This document shows positions 48,083 to 61,400 of a stretch of DNA of 64,000 nt, one piece after another (within the stretch, counting starts at the first letter, position 1; each line of letters opens with the position of its first letter). The position numbers and the translations under genes are program-made. Source of the DNA: Mobula hypostoma (taxonomy: Eukaryota); NCBI RefSeq assembly GCF_963921235.1, contig NC_086120.1, forward strand, positions 9,052,001 to 9,116,000. The letters are read 5' to 3'. Under the pieces are notes generated by a model. The model saw only the letters and a list, made by a program, of their open reading frames with translations. It was not told the DNA's origin and did not search any database.

Positions 48083-48764
48083 TATGATCAGTGCAGGAAC
48101 GATCCCTGTGTGTGCGTTTCGTCATCTCTCGTGTTATTTTTCCCAATTCTGGCACTGAGTGGAAGGAGATTCAACTCTCGGCTCTGGTTCGTGACCTGGC
48201 TTGGTGAAGTTTGGGAAATCCGTACGGCAGCCTTGGTCACCGAATATCAGCAAAGAAGGGAAGAAAGTTCCATTGCTGAGAATCGGGGACAGGGTGGTGG
48301 GTTGACTGTAAGGCTGCGATGTAAAACTAGAACGAAACAGTTGGTTTTGGGAAGGGTTAATACAGGAAATGAACATAATCGTGGCTGCAAATTTCCAGGC
48401 TCCTGGGCAGCATTGGTGGAAAGAGGAATAAATTGTATTTACGTTCTGAGCTAATGAGGTTTCGCCAGAAGTGACCAATATTGACACAAACTGGAAAGTC
48501 TGGCTATCTGAAATGGTTGGGTCACAAGGGATGAAGATTGCCCAGTCAGAAGTTTAAACCCCATTAGTGCCCCTCAGTTCTCAAACATGCCGTCAAGTCC
48601 TGGTAACACTAAAATCAATAGATATCATGAGGAAAATATATCAGTTATTTGAATCATATCTCACCTGAACAAGGTGTTGTGGTTATTGTACATCAAACAT
48701 CGCAGTCCCAGGATATCAATGCAGCATTTCCTGATGCTGTTCATCCCACCTGCTGCTTCATCAA

Positions 48765-50240
48765 TAACCATAGGAGACAGACTCGTTGAATTAGATCACT
48801 TGGCCCATCGAGTCTGTCCTGCCATTGTTGATTAATTATCCTTCTCAACGCCATTTGCCTGTCTTCTCCCTGTACACTTCCATGCACTTACACATCAAGA
48901 AGCTATCAATCTCTGCTTTAAATATACCCGTTGACATGGACTCCACAGTGTCTTGAGTAATGAATTTCACATGTTCACCTCTCTCTGGCTAAATAAATTC
49001 CTCAACTCTGTTTTAAAGTGACATCCTTGTAATCTGAGGCTCTGCCCTCTGGTCCTAGATTCTCCCTCTATTGGAAACATCCTCTTCACGTCCACTCTAC
49101 TCGGCTTTTCAATATTCAACAGGTTTCAATGGGATTACAACACCCCCCCACCCCTATTCCTCAAAACTCCAGCAAGTACAGGTCCAGACCCATGAAACTC
49201 AACACGTATGTTAACCCTTTCATTCCAGAGATCACTCTCATGAACCTTCTCTCCAATGACAGCATATAAAATTCCAGATAAGGGACCCCAAACTGCTCAC
49301 AATATTCCTCATGCAGTATGACCAATGCCTTATAAAGCCCCAGCATTACAACCTATAACTTTATCTTTTGTGATTCCTGCTCTAAGACCCCCAGGTCTCT
49401 TTGCATGTTTAATTTCTGAAATTGTTCCCCATTAAGAAAATAGTCCACAGAAGTGTATGACCACATACATCCCTAAACTGTATTCCATCTGTCACTTCTT
49501 TGCCAATTTTCCTAATCTGTCCAAGTCCTTCTCCATACTATCTGCATCCTCAACACCAGCTGCTCCTCCACCTACGTTTGTATCATCCACAAACTTGGCT
49601 GTAAAACTATCAATTTCATCATCTAAATTATTGACATATAACGTGAGAAGATGTGGTCCCAACACTGACTCCTGTGGAACACCACTAGTCAACAGCAGCC
49701 AACCACTAAAGGTCCCCTTTATTCTCCCTTTTTGTTGCCTGCCAGTCAACCAATCTACTGTCCACGCTTGTATCTGTCCTGTAATACTATGGGATCTTAT
49801 CTTGTTTATCAGCCTCATGTGTGGCACCTTCTGAAAATCCAAGTGAAGAACCTACCCTTACTCTCTTTTGTCCATCCTACCTGCTATTTCCTCAAAGAAT
49901 TCAAACAGATTTCACAGGCATGATTTCCCTTTTGGGAAACCATGCTGACTTTGGTCTATTTAATCAAGTGTCTCCAAGTACCCAAAATTCATATTTAATA
50001 ATGGACTGTAACATCTTCCCAACCTCTAAAGTCAGATTAACTGGCCTACAATTTCCTGTTTTTTGCATCCTGCCTTTCTTAAGGAGTGGAGTAACATTTG
50101 TAATTTTCCGGTCTTCCAAAACCATTACATTTCTAATGATTCTTGAAGGATCACTACTAATGCCTCAACTCAATGATCTTCTCAACTACCTCCTTCAGAA
50201 ACCTGGGTTGTAGTCCATCTGGTCCAGGTGTCTTATCATT
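48765..50240 (-). mobile_element. Decayed CR1 LINE 3' half
   Basis: ORFs 49492..49842 and 49161..49346 (MDFQKVPH, SGVPQESVLGP, KFVDDTNVGG, LYKALV). Confidence 0.8.
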
Positions 50241-50344
50241 CAAGTCCAGGTAGCTTATTTGAATACGGTACTCTGTGTTTCTGTTGAAAGGGGTACTGGT
50301 GAGATCTCATCCGCTGTACTGAAAATACTCTTCGCAGTTTCTTT

Positions 50345-50492
50345 CACATTTGCCTGTTTTTAATGAGTCCAAGTTGCTAGCTCGACGCTCAATGCAGCAC
50401 GGATGTAAAGTGTGCAAGGAGCCGGCTGGATTCAAACCAGAGACCACTCACCTTGAAGTCCGGTACAGATGCCACTACATCACCAGCTGGCT
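50345..50492 (-). mobile_element. tRNA-derived SINE head
   Basis: Minus strand: A-box-like GGTGATGTAGTGG (50472-50484) and B-box-like GGTTTGAATCC (50428-50438) with tRNA-like spacing. Confidence 0.65.
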
Positions 50493-53400
50493 AGCTGGAA
50501 GCAGAAGCACTCATTTCTCCCCTTTTACTGGATTCAGTACTCTGATGTATAGGTCATCTTGTGAGGGAAAGTGAGACCTGTATCCACCAGAATTTTTAAG
50601 GCTGAAAAGGAAATAGGATCATCATTTCTGGAGGGATCTCAGCTGGGTGACTATGGACAGGATGTTTCCTCGTGTAGGAGCATCTAGAACAACGTGTTAG
50701 TGTTTAAAAATTCAGGGGCTGGCTATTTAGGACAGATGTGAATTAATGTTTGCTTCTCTCTCAGAGAACCACAAACCTTGCGATCTCATTTTCTCCGAGG
50801 CTGTGGAAACAGAATCAAATCACATTGTAAAATCAGTAAGAAGGTGAAAAATTATTGGAACATGGAGTAATGGGGCTGTACTTTTCCAGCAAGATCAGCC
50901 AAAATGTGATTGAATGGCAAAGCAGGTTTAAAGGGCTGAACAATCTACTTCCTCTCCTAAGTCATTGTTCATAAGGAAATCTACCTACTTGCTTTCATGA
51001 CACATCACTGAATGTAAGAACTCACCTTACTGAGCAACACTGGACCTCACTTCAAAATAGCCATCCCTTGGACCATTCTGATCCATTCTATCTATTGTTC
51101 CATAGATAGACAGCTCAATGCCAGCTCAGGTCTGATTGGCAGTAGTGTGTAAAATCTTCCTTCCATCACAAGGAAAAGAATCCGATCACTCCATCTTTAG
51201 TGAGTTGTCAGGAGCTGTCCAACTGATTTAATAACTACAGTACTGAATCCAAGTCAAGCAGCATCATCATCTGGAGGAAGGGTTTTCCTTTCTGAGTGCT
51301 CCCTCATTCATTGTGTTGAGTGGGATGCCAGGTTTGATTTCCCACAACACAGGCATTGCAGCCGAAGGTTCCTGAGAAAAAAAGCATATTCACCAAATAA
51401 CCATGATGCAATGGTTAAGACCCATCAATCCCATCAGAGAAATCTCACACCAACTTCTTCTCAGTTTGTGATATCTCAGCACCTATACAGGAGAAAAATA
51501 ATTATCATTTGTCATAATTTTACACTCAAAAGATGTCACTCATCAAATATTACAGCAGAAACTGTGGAATTGTTATTTAGGAAAACACCTGATGAGGCCA
51601 TTCAGCCCATTGGGTCCATACAACCTCCCAATAGAGTAACCCCATTGATACCAGTTCCATTTTACTCACACATGCCATCAAACACCCTTTGATTGTTTTG
51701 TTGCTTCATTACAATAAGGTACTGTACCATATCTGCACTGTACAAGGAAAACAGAACATCAGTAGGAAACTCAGGTCACAGAGAGAACATTTAAATTTCA
51801 CATAGTCAAGCTCAGAACCAAATCCAGATCGCTGAAGCTGTGAGATATCAGGACTGTCTGACATGTCTCTCAGGCTACCTAAGCATCCTAGTGTCTAAAT
51901 TCCCAATGCAAGGCCCACTTCTTACATCGGAAGTAAATGGGAATAAGGCGGAACTTGGCAAGTCCTGGGACCGTTGAGTTCAGTTTTACTCTGTGCTATT
52001 TTGCCAAAAGCATTTGCAGTCCACACTATGATCTGATCAATTGTGGGATAACGATTGGACAGTCAGTGAGGCAGAGGAATAACAGCAGATTTATTCTACC
52101 CCACTCTGGAGAGAACTGCTGAAGGACAGATTAAACAGCTGATTATAATATCGATGGCACTGCAGGTACTGAAATACAGCATGTTACAGTGTCTGAGCCT
52201 GGATGGAATCCGTATAAATGAGTTGAGATTGAGATTCACTGCAAGTCTTCTTCAGCAGGGTCATTAATACAAATGACTTGCACCATCACAAAGATCAAGA
52301 GAGACCAGCACTTGGGAACAAGACGAGCTGGATTCCACTTCCTCACCCCAATGTCACACATTATCCTGAATAGTTTCTTTGTCATCTCTGCTATGAATAC
52401 TGGAACCTCCAGCCCAATATCACTGCAGATGTACTGTATATGCATGATACACATTTTGGACAGTTGAGAAAGCAGCCCATCAGGAATACCTTCTCCTAAT
52501 GAAGAAGGGCAACAAATTTTGTCCTTGCCAGCAATATATTCAATTTGATGCAATTGAGAACCCCATCAGGATCCATTGATTGATTGCCCATCTGTACTTG
52601 CCCTAATTTGATACCTTGTCTCCAATTTAAAATTCTCATTATTTGTGTCGTGTGCCTCTATCCCTATTTCTCTGTCTCCTCTTTTAGCTTTCTGCTTGTA
52701 AGTTTACAGTACATTTTCCATACCCCCAACTGTCTTGATGTCAAAACAACCAAATTTTCATAATTCTCTGATAAATCTGTTGTCATTCATTTCATCTCCC
52801 TGCCTCTGTTTTTTTTTATATAAGTCCTATGCTTTGATATTCCAAATGTTCCTTCTGAAGCTTGGTATACGTTCTGACTGACTACAGATCTATTTGATTA
52901 CAAAAAGGAAAATTCTGAAAACCAGTTCCTGGTGGGGTCTATAATTTGCTTTTAGCCCCTTGATTTCCTCCTTTTGGAGGAAAGTTTATTTAAAGGATTA
53001 AAGTAACATGTCACAAAGCAATTTTGTGCTGTAAGGATATTCAGGATGTCAGAGTCTGGTGGAAAGTAATGAAATAATTAACTCCAGTGGGGCAATTCTC
53101 CTAAATGAAGCTCCAGCACTCTGCATCATTGACATTCGTTAATGATCACCCACTGGATAATGCAAACCCAGGTCATTAATCTCTGAATCCATAGTATCTC
53201 AAATAGAAAAGAAATGGAGATATTTAGATTCTGTGAAGATAGGAAAGGAACAGAAATAATACATATTTGCCTCTGCTAGCAACTCTGGCAGTACATTCTA
53301 GGCATTCACCATTTTTTGTGGAAGCATATGCCCTGCAAATCTCCATTCAACTTAGCCCCCTCAACTTAAATGAATGCCCTCGAGTATCTGATACTTTACC

Positions 53401-53633
53401 ATGGGAAAATATACCAGATTTATCCAATCGCTCCTTATCTCACCTGTCCTCAACTTTATGCAGCATCCTGGTAAACCTCTTCTGTACCCTCTCTAAAGCC
53501 TCCCCATCCTTCCCATATTGGGATGACCAGAACTGAATGCAATAAATAGGGCAATGGATTCAAGGGAGATGTATGTCATTGATGACAGCCATAAATGAGT
53601 GGATAGACTTACATAACAAAATATGTCTATGCA

Positions 53634-54405
53634 ATAATCATTCAATGAGATGTACAGACCAATCAGGTCCGTGTCATGCTACCTTTCCAAAATGGATCAA
53701 TTGATCTTCCCCGGAGATTGCAGTAACTACAACCAGCGTCCCTGCTTCAGATTACAAGTTAAAGCTCAGCCAGCAGGTCCACATTCCTGCTCTCTGTCAG
53801 TGACCCTGATTGCTGGCTGTGTGAGGAGGGCAAGACTGGGCCAAATGGGTTCACTTGCTCTTGTCTGCCAGACTCACTGTCTGGATTCCCATGGGAAGAG
53901 GGGTCACTGGGTCAGTGAGTCTGATGCTCCTGATGCTCTCAGAGAAAGTGCGAAAATTGGAGCACAAAAAGATTAAAGATTCGGGCAGAGGTGGAAAATC
54001 CCCTTATTCTATTCAACTACTTCCTGATGGCATTTATTAGAATTAACAGCTAATCCTGGGCTTGTCTGAAAAATGACAGTGTTGATGCCAGGTTTTGGAA
54101 ACCATAGCGTATCCATGTTCATAGATGAAATGTTGGACCAAAACAAGGACACCGGTAAAGGGCAGCCACACTTCCTGTTCCCAACACCAAGGATAGAATT
54201 CTTTCACTGAGAGCATTTGATCTCGTTTGATCAACATCCAAGAAGTAATGTCGATGCATGAACTTGTTCAGAGCATTGAATTTTGACCCATTCTTGGCAT
54301 TGCACTCGTGAAGGTTTGCTTGATGTGCAACAAACACAGCTCAGAACGGGATAACTGTATAATAACCCATATTTACCATGGGCACTCACAGGATATTTCA
54401 GGATA
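53634..54405. repeat. Unclassified block, paralog of 2340-2965
   Basis: Same shared strings as the 2340-2965 block; this copy has extra sequence at about 54000-54190. Confidence 0.85.
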
Positions 54406-54617
54406 GTTTCTCCGTCTGGTTTCTTATGATTAATGCTGTGCCTCGAGGGATGGTGCAGGACCCCTTGACGTTTGTCATCTGTATCAACAATTTGAATAAA
54501 AAGTTAAAAGACATGATTAATAGTAAATAATGAAGAAGATCATTAATAATTACATGTGCAGCTTGATCAGCCAAGGAAGGGAGATGAAGAATGTCAAATA
54601 GAGTTTCATTTGGATAA

Positions 54618-55208
54618 CATTACTGAGAGGTAATGTTGCAGCTATATAGTACCCTGGTCAGACCTCACTTGGAGTACTGTGCTCAGTTCTGGTTGCCTCA
54701 CTACAGGAAGGACGTGAAAACCATAGAAAAGGTGCAGAGGAGATTTACAAGGATGTTGGCTGGATTCGGGAGCAGGCCTGATGAAAATAGGTTGAGTGAA
54801 CTCGGCCTTTTCTCCTTGGAGCGACGCAGGATGAGAGGTGACCTGATAGAGGTGTTCAAGATAATGAGGGGTATTGACCGTGTGGACAGTCAGAGACTTT
54901 TCCCCAGGGCTAAAATGGCTAGCACGAGATGGATAGATTTAAGGTGCATGGAAGTAGGTACAGAGAAGATGTCAGGGTAAGTTTTTTCACGCAGAGAGTA
55001 GTGAGTGCATGGAATGGGCTGCCAGCAGCGGTGGTGGATGCAGAAATGATAGGATCTATTCAGAGACTCTTGCATGGCTACATGGAGCTTCAAAAAATAG
55101 AGTGCTATGAGTAAAGCCTAGGTACTTCTAAAGTAGGGACATGTTTGACACAGCTTTGTGGACCAAAGCACCTGTATTGTGCTGTAGGTTTTCTGTGTTT
55201 CTATGTTT
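54618..55208 (+). mobile_element. Younger CR1 3' end inserted in the old CR1
   Basis: ORF 54633..54980 RPHLEYCAQFW...RGDLIEVFK; TTTCTATGTTT tail. Removing it restores TTGGATAAGTGCAAG, as seen at about 13245. Confidence 0.85.
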
Positions 55209-55710
55209 GTAAGTGCAAGGCATTGAATTTTGCAAGATCAAATCTCGGTCGAGCTGTCACATGAATATGGAGTGATGGTGAAGAGAGGTACCTTGGAGTA
55301 CAAGTACAAGCTTAACTGAAAGTGGAGTCACAGGTAGACCAGGTGGTAAAGGCGACTTTTGGCACATTGGACTTCATCAGTCACAGCAATGAGTATAACA
55401 GTTGGGAGGCCATGGTGCTGTTTTACAGGATGCTGCAATGGTCACACTTGGTGTATTATGTTCAATGCTGTTTGCCCTGCTGTTGGAAAGATATTATTAA
55501 ACTACAAAGAATGCAGTTACTGGCAAGATTTACAAGTTGCCAGGACTAAAGGGACAGAGTTATAGGGAGAGGTTTGTGAGGTTAGAACCGATCACAGAGA
55601 GGTGTATATGACCATGAAGGGATAGGATAGGATGAATGCACTCAGTATTTTTTCCATGTTTTGGGGAATGAAGCACAAGAGTACATAGATTTAAGTTCAG
55701 AGGGAACACC

Positions 55711-56500
55711 TTACATGACCAAGGTGGGGCCCATCACCAACAGTGCTGAGACAGCCTACAGAGAGGATCCGGAAGAGGTCGAGACTGTTGCTTGGTGAAT
55801 ACCCTCTTCCTAAATGTCAGCAAGACAAAGAAGATGATCAATTTCAGCAGAACTCGTACTTCCCATTTTCATCGGTGGTACAGCAGTGGAAACTGCAAAC
55901 AGTTTCAAACTCCTGGGTGACCACATTACACATTTGGTCGAAGAACACATCCTTCACAGTCACAACAGCTCATAAACACCACTACTTTCTGAAGAGGCAA
56001 ATGAGAGCTGGACTTTGCACATCCATACTCATGTCATCCTACAGCATACCCACCATCAAGGACATAAATACAGAAAGGTGCCAGAAGAGTGCCAGTAATA
56101 TCATAAAGGGTCCTAGCCACCCTCCCCATGGACAGTTTGTCCCACTCCCATTAGGGAGGAGCTACATGACATCCACACCAACACCACCAGACTCAAAAGC
56201 AGTCACTTTCCCCAAGCAGGAAGGTGGATCAACCCCTCTACCCGCTAACTCCACCGCTACTTAATTATTTCTTGTCAGTCACATTATCCACAGCCTGGCA
56301 TCACTTTATTGACAGACAATCAATCAATATATATAAGCTATCTTATGCATTTATACTAATTGTGTTTTTAAATTATTATTACTGTGTTATTTATCTCTTG
56401 TGGGGCTTTTGTGCTTCATCAGATCCAGAGTAACAATTCTTGTGTTTTCCTTTATACTTGTGGACAGGAAATGATATTAAACAATCTTGAATCATGAATC
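55711..56500 (+). mobile_element. Decayed Rex1/Babar-type LINE 3' fragment
   Basis: IIKGPSHPPHGQFVPLPLGRSY; (CTTGAAT)-type tail near 56485-56500. The 5' junction is the same as at 13730. Confidence 0.75.
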
Positions 56501-56852
56501 TTTAAACTTGAGAGGTAACTTCTTTTATACACAAAGTATGGCATATTTGTGAAATGCACTGCCAGAGGAAGGGGTTGAGACATGAACACAAACATTTTTT
56601 AAAAGACAATTGAATGGGTACATGGATTGGAAATGTTTGGAATGTTATGGGCCAAACAATAACAAATGGGACTAACTTGGATGGAGATCTTGGTTGACAT
56701 AGACCAATTAGGCCAAAGAGGCTGGTACTGTGTTGTATAACTCGGTGAACTTTATATTTCCAGGATACCTCAACTTTGACATTTTGATATCTTTCAGCTG
56801 CCTGGTCCCAACTGGCAATTTTGTGCCATGGTTCTTACCATTTTCTCGATAC

Positions 56853-58419
56853 CCCAGCCTCAAGCCTCAAGAGCCAAGAGCCCAGCCTCAGGAGTCCACA
56901 TTCCGGTTCACGGTCCGGTCCGTGGACTCAGGACTTTGGGTCTTCCAGCGGTCACTTGTTTTGGTTGAGTTAATCATAGGCACCTAATTCCCATCCTGAG
57001 GCTTGGAATATAAGTACCCTTGCGGACAACTGTGGGCTGCTGGTTTGTCTTGTCAAGATTTCCTGGGAGCAACCAGCCGGTGGAAGACTAGAGCGGCCAC
57101 TTGCCATCTTTAGGCCATGTTGGAGAACCATTGCTTCATGGAGCCTTGCTGTCGGTATTCAGAGCTGTAGTTGTGGTATGGATTTGGCTGTTTCCCAGGC
57201 CAGCTGAGTGGCTGCCAGCCACTCCGAGCCAGGTAGGGATCCGGCTGTTTCCGTAGCCAGCTGAGGTTGCTGGCTGAACTTGGACTCGGAGCTACCCTGA
57301 AGCAGAGATGGAACTGTCTGTTGTTCTTCGATGTTTGTTTCTTCATGTCCTCACCTCCATGAGACAGGACAGATCCCCCTGCAGGGGGATCTGTTTTATC
57401 TTGTCCTTGCCTCTGTGGGGTAAGTCAGGCTGTTCTGCTGTTGCCCAGCGGGGCTCCTGTCTTGTCTTGTCTTGTCTTTGCCTCTGTTGAGTAAATCCAG
57501 CCATTCTGCCGTTATCCGATGGATGGTCCTGTCCCACCTTGGTGTGGAGAAGTTGACTCTCTGTTTGTCTAAGTATAAGTCCCAGCTCCATGTCTATGTA
57601 CTGTTCCGTTTCATGTTGGTGTCGTGTTAAAGATGAGTCCTGGCTTTTTGAAGGATACGTCCTGGCTCTATGTTGATGTACAGTTCCCAGTCTGTCTCGA
57701 AGCTCCAGCCTCCGAGTTAGCAGACTCAAGACTCAAGACCCTGGCCTGTCTCCAAGCTCAAGACCCAAGAGCCAAGACACCAGCCTGTCTCCAAACTGAA
57801 GCCTCAAGAACCAAGTCCCCATCCTCAAGAGCCAAGACCCCAGCCTCAAGCCTCAAGAGCCAAGACCCCAGCCTCAAGCCTCAAGAACCAAGACCCCAGC
57901 CTCAAGCCTCAAGAGCCAAGACCCCAGCCTCAAGCCTCAACAACCAAGACCCCAGCCTCAAGCCTCAAGCGCAAAAAACCCCAGCCTCAAGCCTCAAGAG
58001 CCAAGTCTCCAGCCTCAAGCCTCAAGAGCCAAGACCCCAGCCTCAAGCCCCATGAGCCAAGACCCCAGCCTGTCTCCAGGCTCAGGCCTCTAGACCCCAG
58101 CCACATCCTGTCCTGAAGTCATGTCATGTCCTTGCCTGGTTCTGGGGTCCGAGCCCGAGGCAAGACCCAGGTTCTGGGTCCTTGTCCAGTCTCTGGCTCG
58201 GAGTCCAAGCCTAGTCTCCTAGTCCATGGTTTCTAGTCCTGGTCCCACTTTCCCTAGCCAAGGCTCCTAGTCCTTAGTTCCTTGTCCATGTCCTAGCCCA
58301 AGTCTGTATTCTTGTCCCTGCTGTTTGTCTGTATCCTGTCACATCCCTACTCTAGTCAAGTCCTGTTCCTTGTACTTCAGTGTCTATGCCTTGCATCTGG
58401 GTCCACTACCATTGTGACA
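56853..58419 (+). mobile_element. LTR of the same family as 4114-5643, opposite orientation, 5' end damaged
   Basis: Ends ...CCATTGTGACA, the reverse complement of the first element's TGTCACAATGG; shares GTAAGTCAGGC, CTTGTCTTGTCTTG and CAGTCTCTGGCTCGGAGTCCA. No TSD found. Confidence 0.75.
57838..58061. repeat. Tandem array, 8 x 28 bp (CCCCAGCCTCAAGCCTCAAGAGCCAAGA) inside the LTR
   Basis: Directly visible units with degenerate flanking copies; 1.5 more units at about 56853-56890. Confidence 0.92.
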
Positions 58420-59199
58420 GAAGGAACCATATACCATACGCAACATGGCTACAAAAGCAGATCAGATGCTGGAATCCTCTAGCGAGTAAATCACCTCCTA
58501 ACTCATCAAATCCTGCCCCCCACTGACAAGGCTCAAGTCAATAATGTGATGGAATGCTCTCCAGTTGTCTGGATGAGGACAGCTTCAACAACACTCCAGA
58601 AACTCAAAACGATAAGTATTCACATGCACCCAGCTATGCCTGTTTTATTGTTGGTTATGTGGATCAGTCCTCTGTCCAAACCTGCACATGCATCCCTCCC
58701 CAACTTTTTCCATTACATTGACAAATGCATCAATACTATTTCCTGATTTCCTGCAGAACTTGTCAATTTCACCATCTTTCCTACATTTCATTATCTGTTA
58801 TCACCCGGCAGCATTTCTGGTGTGAGAAAGTAATAACTAAGGTCAGACACTGATCTACAATTTGCTGAGTCACAGATTTATTTTGCCCTGGAGGCCCCTG
58901 TAAAATCATTCTGTAACAAGGAACTAATTCTAAATGCTGCAGTCTCCTCTTTTGTTTTTTCATCGGAACTGATTAACACTTGCACTGAAAACTCCTTGCA
59001 ATTTGTTTGTGTCTGTTTATTTGGAAACTTAATAGTTGTGTGTTGTTGCTCAGCTTGTGATACCAAATTATCTGCACTCGTAACCTTCATTGAAATATTC
59101 GAGTCACTTGAATGACCACACACTTACAGGACCTTGCTTGGTGACAGAAATGTTAGGGATAGACCTGTGAAAGCAACCTCTCAGAAGGAAACATTACAA

Positions 59200-61250
59200 C
59201 AATGACAAAGGATCCTAGTCACCATTTCCCACCAAACATTCTTTCTATTTTTGTTCCCTTTCGATCTCAAAATTCTCCATGGGGTTCACTGTCTGAATGT
59301 CTCTGTCCATGAGAATCCCTTTACTAGTTTTCTCTTCTTCATGTAGTTTTCCAATAGATATCTTATATACTCTGAAGGTCCTTTTGCACACTTTGATTAA
59401 ACCATAGGGGAGACGAAGCTTTCAAGAAGCTGCTGGGACAATGGCAGATCTCTGGCTACGTTCCAGGAAAACAAACAACCATTGAAGTTTCATCATTAGT
59501 GACTGTGAATCACTCTCCTTGAGTATCATAACAGCATGCCTGAAGTCAGAAAACATGAAAAGGATCTGAATGAAACTCTTCATGTAGGAGGTATTGCCAA
59601 ATCAGCAAGTCCTATCTTTGCTGCATCTGATCTTGTAACAAGTCTTGAGTACAAAACTTCCAATGTACTATTTGGTGACATTCACACATTCTGACAGAGG
59701 AGCTGTTTTGTTTTACCTCATTTGGAACTGGAAAATCATTTACTGCTTGTATGACAGATTCATATATGTCAGGGAAGGCTGAAAAGCAGATTATGCAGTG
59801 CACAAGTTCAGGTATTTGTTGTCAACAGCGGATTGCAGAGTTGGACTCTTCTTTGGAGGATGGTGTCATTAATTTGGGAATGTGAGGAACAAGCTCACAT
59901 GAAATGCTTATGAAAAATGTTGCAAACTTAAAAGCATATCTATACTATCTGTCTGTCTAGGTACCATATCCAGTGCGGACTTTGATGACCATGGTTTTCC
60001 ATATAGATCTATCAAGACTATAGACCATTGAAATGTACAGCACATTTCAGACCACAACATTGTGCGGATCATGTACCCTTTTCTAGAAACTGCCTTGAAT
60101 TATCTGCATAGCCCTCCCATCTTTCTAAGCTCCATGTACCTCTCTGAGAGTGTGTTGAAAGACCCTATTTTATCCGCTTCTACCACTGTCACTGGAGTGC
60201 ATTCCACTCACCCACCACTCTCTATCCAAAAAACTTGCTTCTGACATCACCGTTGTACGTATTACCAAGCACCCTGAAACCGTGACCCATAGTGTTAGCC
60301 ATTTCAGCCCAAGGAAAAATCCTAGCAAGTTATTTCAGCACAACAAGTGCTCCTGCTCTTACAACTGGGTGAAAAAAGCCTTGATAGAACCCAATGAATT
60401 ATTGAAACCGTGACTTCAATCAAAATGCTGAACTTTTTCACAGCAGCCAGACATTTCAGTAAACCAATTATCCACTTATCAATGTTATTGGCAAAGGCCA
60501 TCAAAGCCAATCAGTCATATTTATCAAAACATACACCCTTTCTATATCCATTATGCAATCATCATTAATCTAGTTTTCAATGATCCCATCCATGATTTCC
60601 AATGGCATATACTGAAGCACAGTGGTCACTGCATTTGATGATCCAGCAAATACATCCACATTCTTCTGGAACTCCGTGTCATTCAACAGAATCAGGTTGG
60701 CCTCTTAGAACCATGAGAAGGTGTCTCAGAACCTCTAGGAAGTCACTGATCCCAGCATAGGGTCAAGCCGCTCTGAATGGTGCCAGGAAACCAGTTAAAC
60801 CAATTATTAAGAAGATGTAATCGTGGATAACCAAGGATTCAGGGCATGTATGGAGAATGAATAAGATGGAAACGAATAGTCTCCCTGTGACTTCCAAAGA
60901 TCAACTTGAGAGCAACAGAAAGATAAAAGATTTGTCCAGCTTCCAATGATCTACCATGCAGGGCCACCACAGACATAGGATGGTTGAGGTGTTTCTCAGG
61001 AAATTGGATTTTGTCTGCTAGTTTGATGTCCAAAAAATTCCCTGCGGAACCAGAGAGTACCGAAGCTCTCACAGAATGCTTAAGCCCCCAAGATAATAGG
61101 AATGGTAAAACCACTCCGGAAATCAATAAAGTGGGAGAGAGTCTTGAGAATAACCATTACATTTCCCCCCTCATGGGATGGTTCTTGGAGTTTTCCCAAC
61201 AGCTTAGAGCAAGTGACTCAGAAATGGCCAGCATTTCCACAGTGTAAGCA
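59200..61250 (-). mobile_element. Heavily decayed Ty3/Gypsy (Sushi-like) internal region, interrupted by a CR1 3' remnant at about 60020-60320
   Basis: LIFGSHRETIRFHLIHSPYMP*ILGYP resembles the Sushi-type protease C-terminus; IQAVNDFPVPNEVKQ resembles the RT-RNaseH connection. Confidence 0.5.
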
Positions 61251-61400
61251 TCATTTCTACCTCATACTTCCCTCTGGCTCTGCTGGGGAGAGCCAGGCTC
61301 TTCCAAGTTCCAAGGGATCTTCCACAGATCTGTTGGTTATTGGATTGAGGTACTGGGGTAGGCATTGGGTAATTCTGAGAACCAGCCTTCCTGGTGAACT

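Larger units (their letters stand above)
54410..56745 (+). mobile_element. Old CR1 (paralog of about 11320-11470 and 13160-14050) carrying two nested inserts
   Basis: Matches such as GTTTGTCATCT.T.TCAACAATTTGAATAA, GAAAGTGGAGTCACAGGTAGAC and CAAATGGGACTAACTTGGATGGAGAT. Confidence 0.7.

Noticed and set aside
57624-58055. 143-aa Pro/Gln/Ser-rich ORF
   Set aside because: Translation of the 28-bp tandem array within an LTR; the 28-bp period cycles through all three frames.
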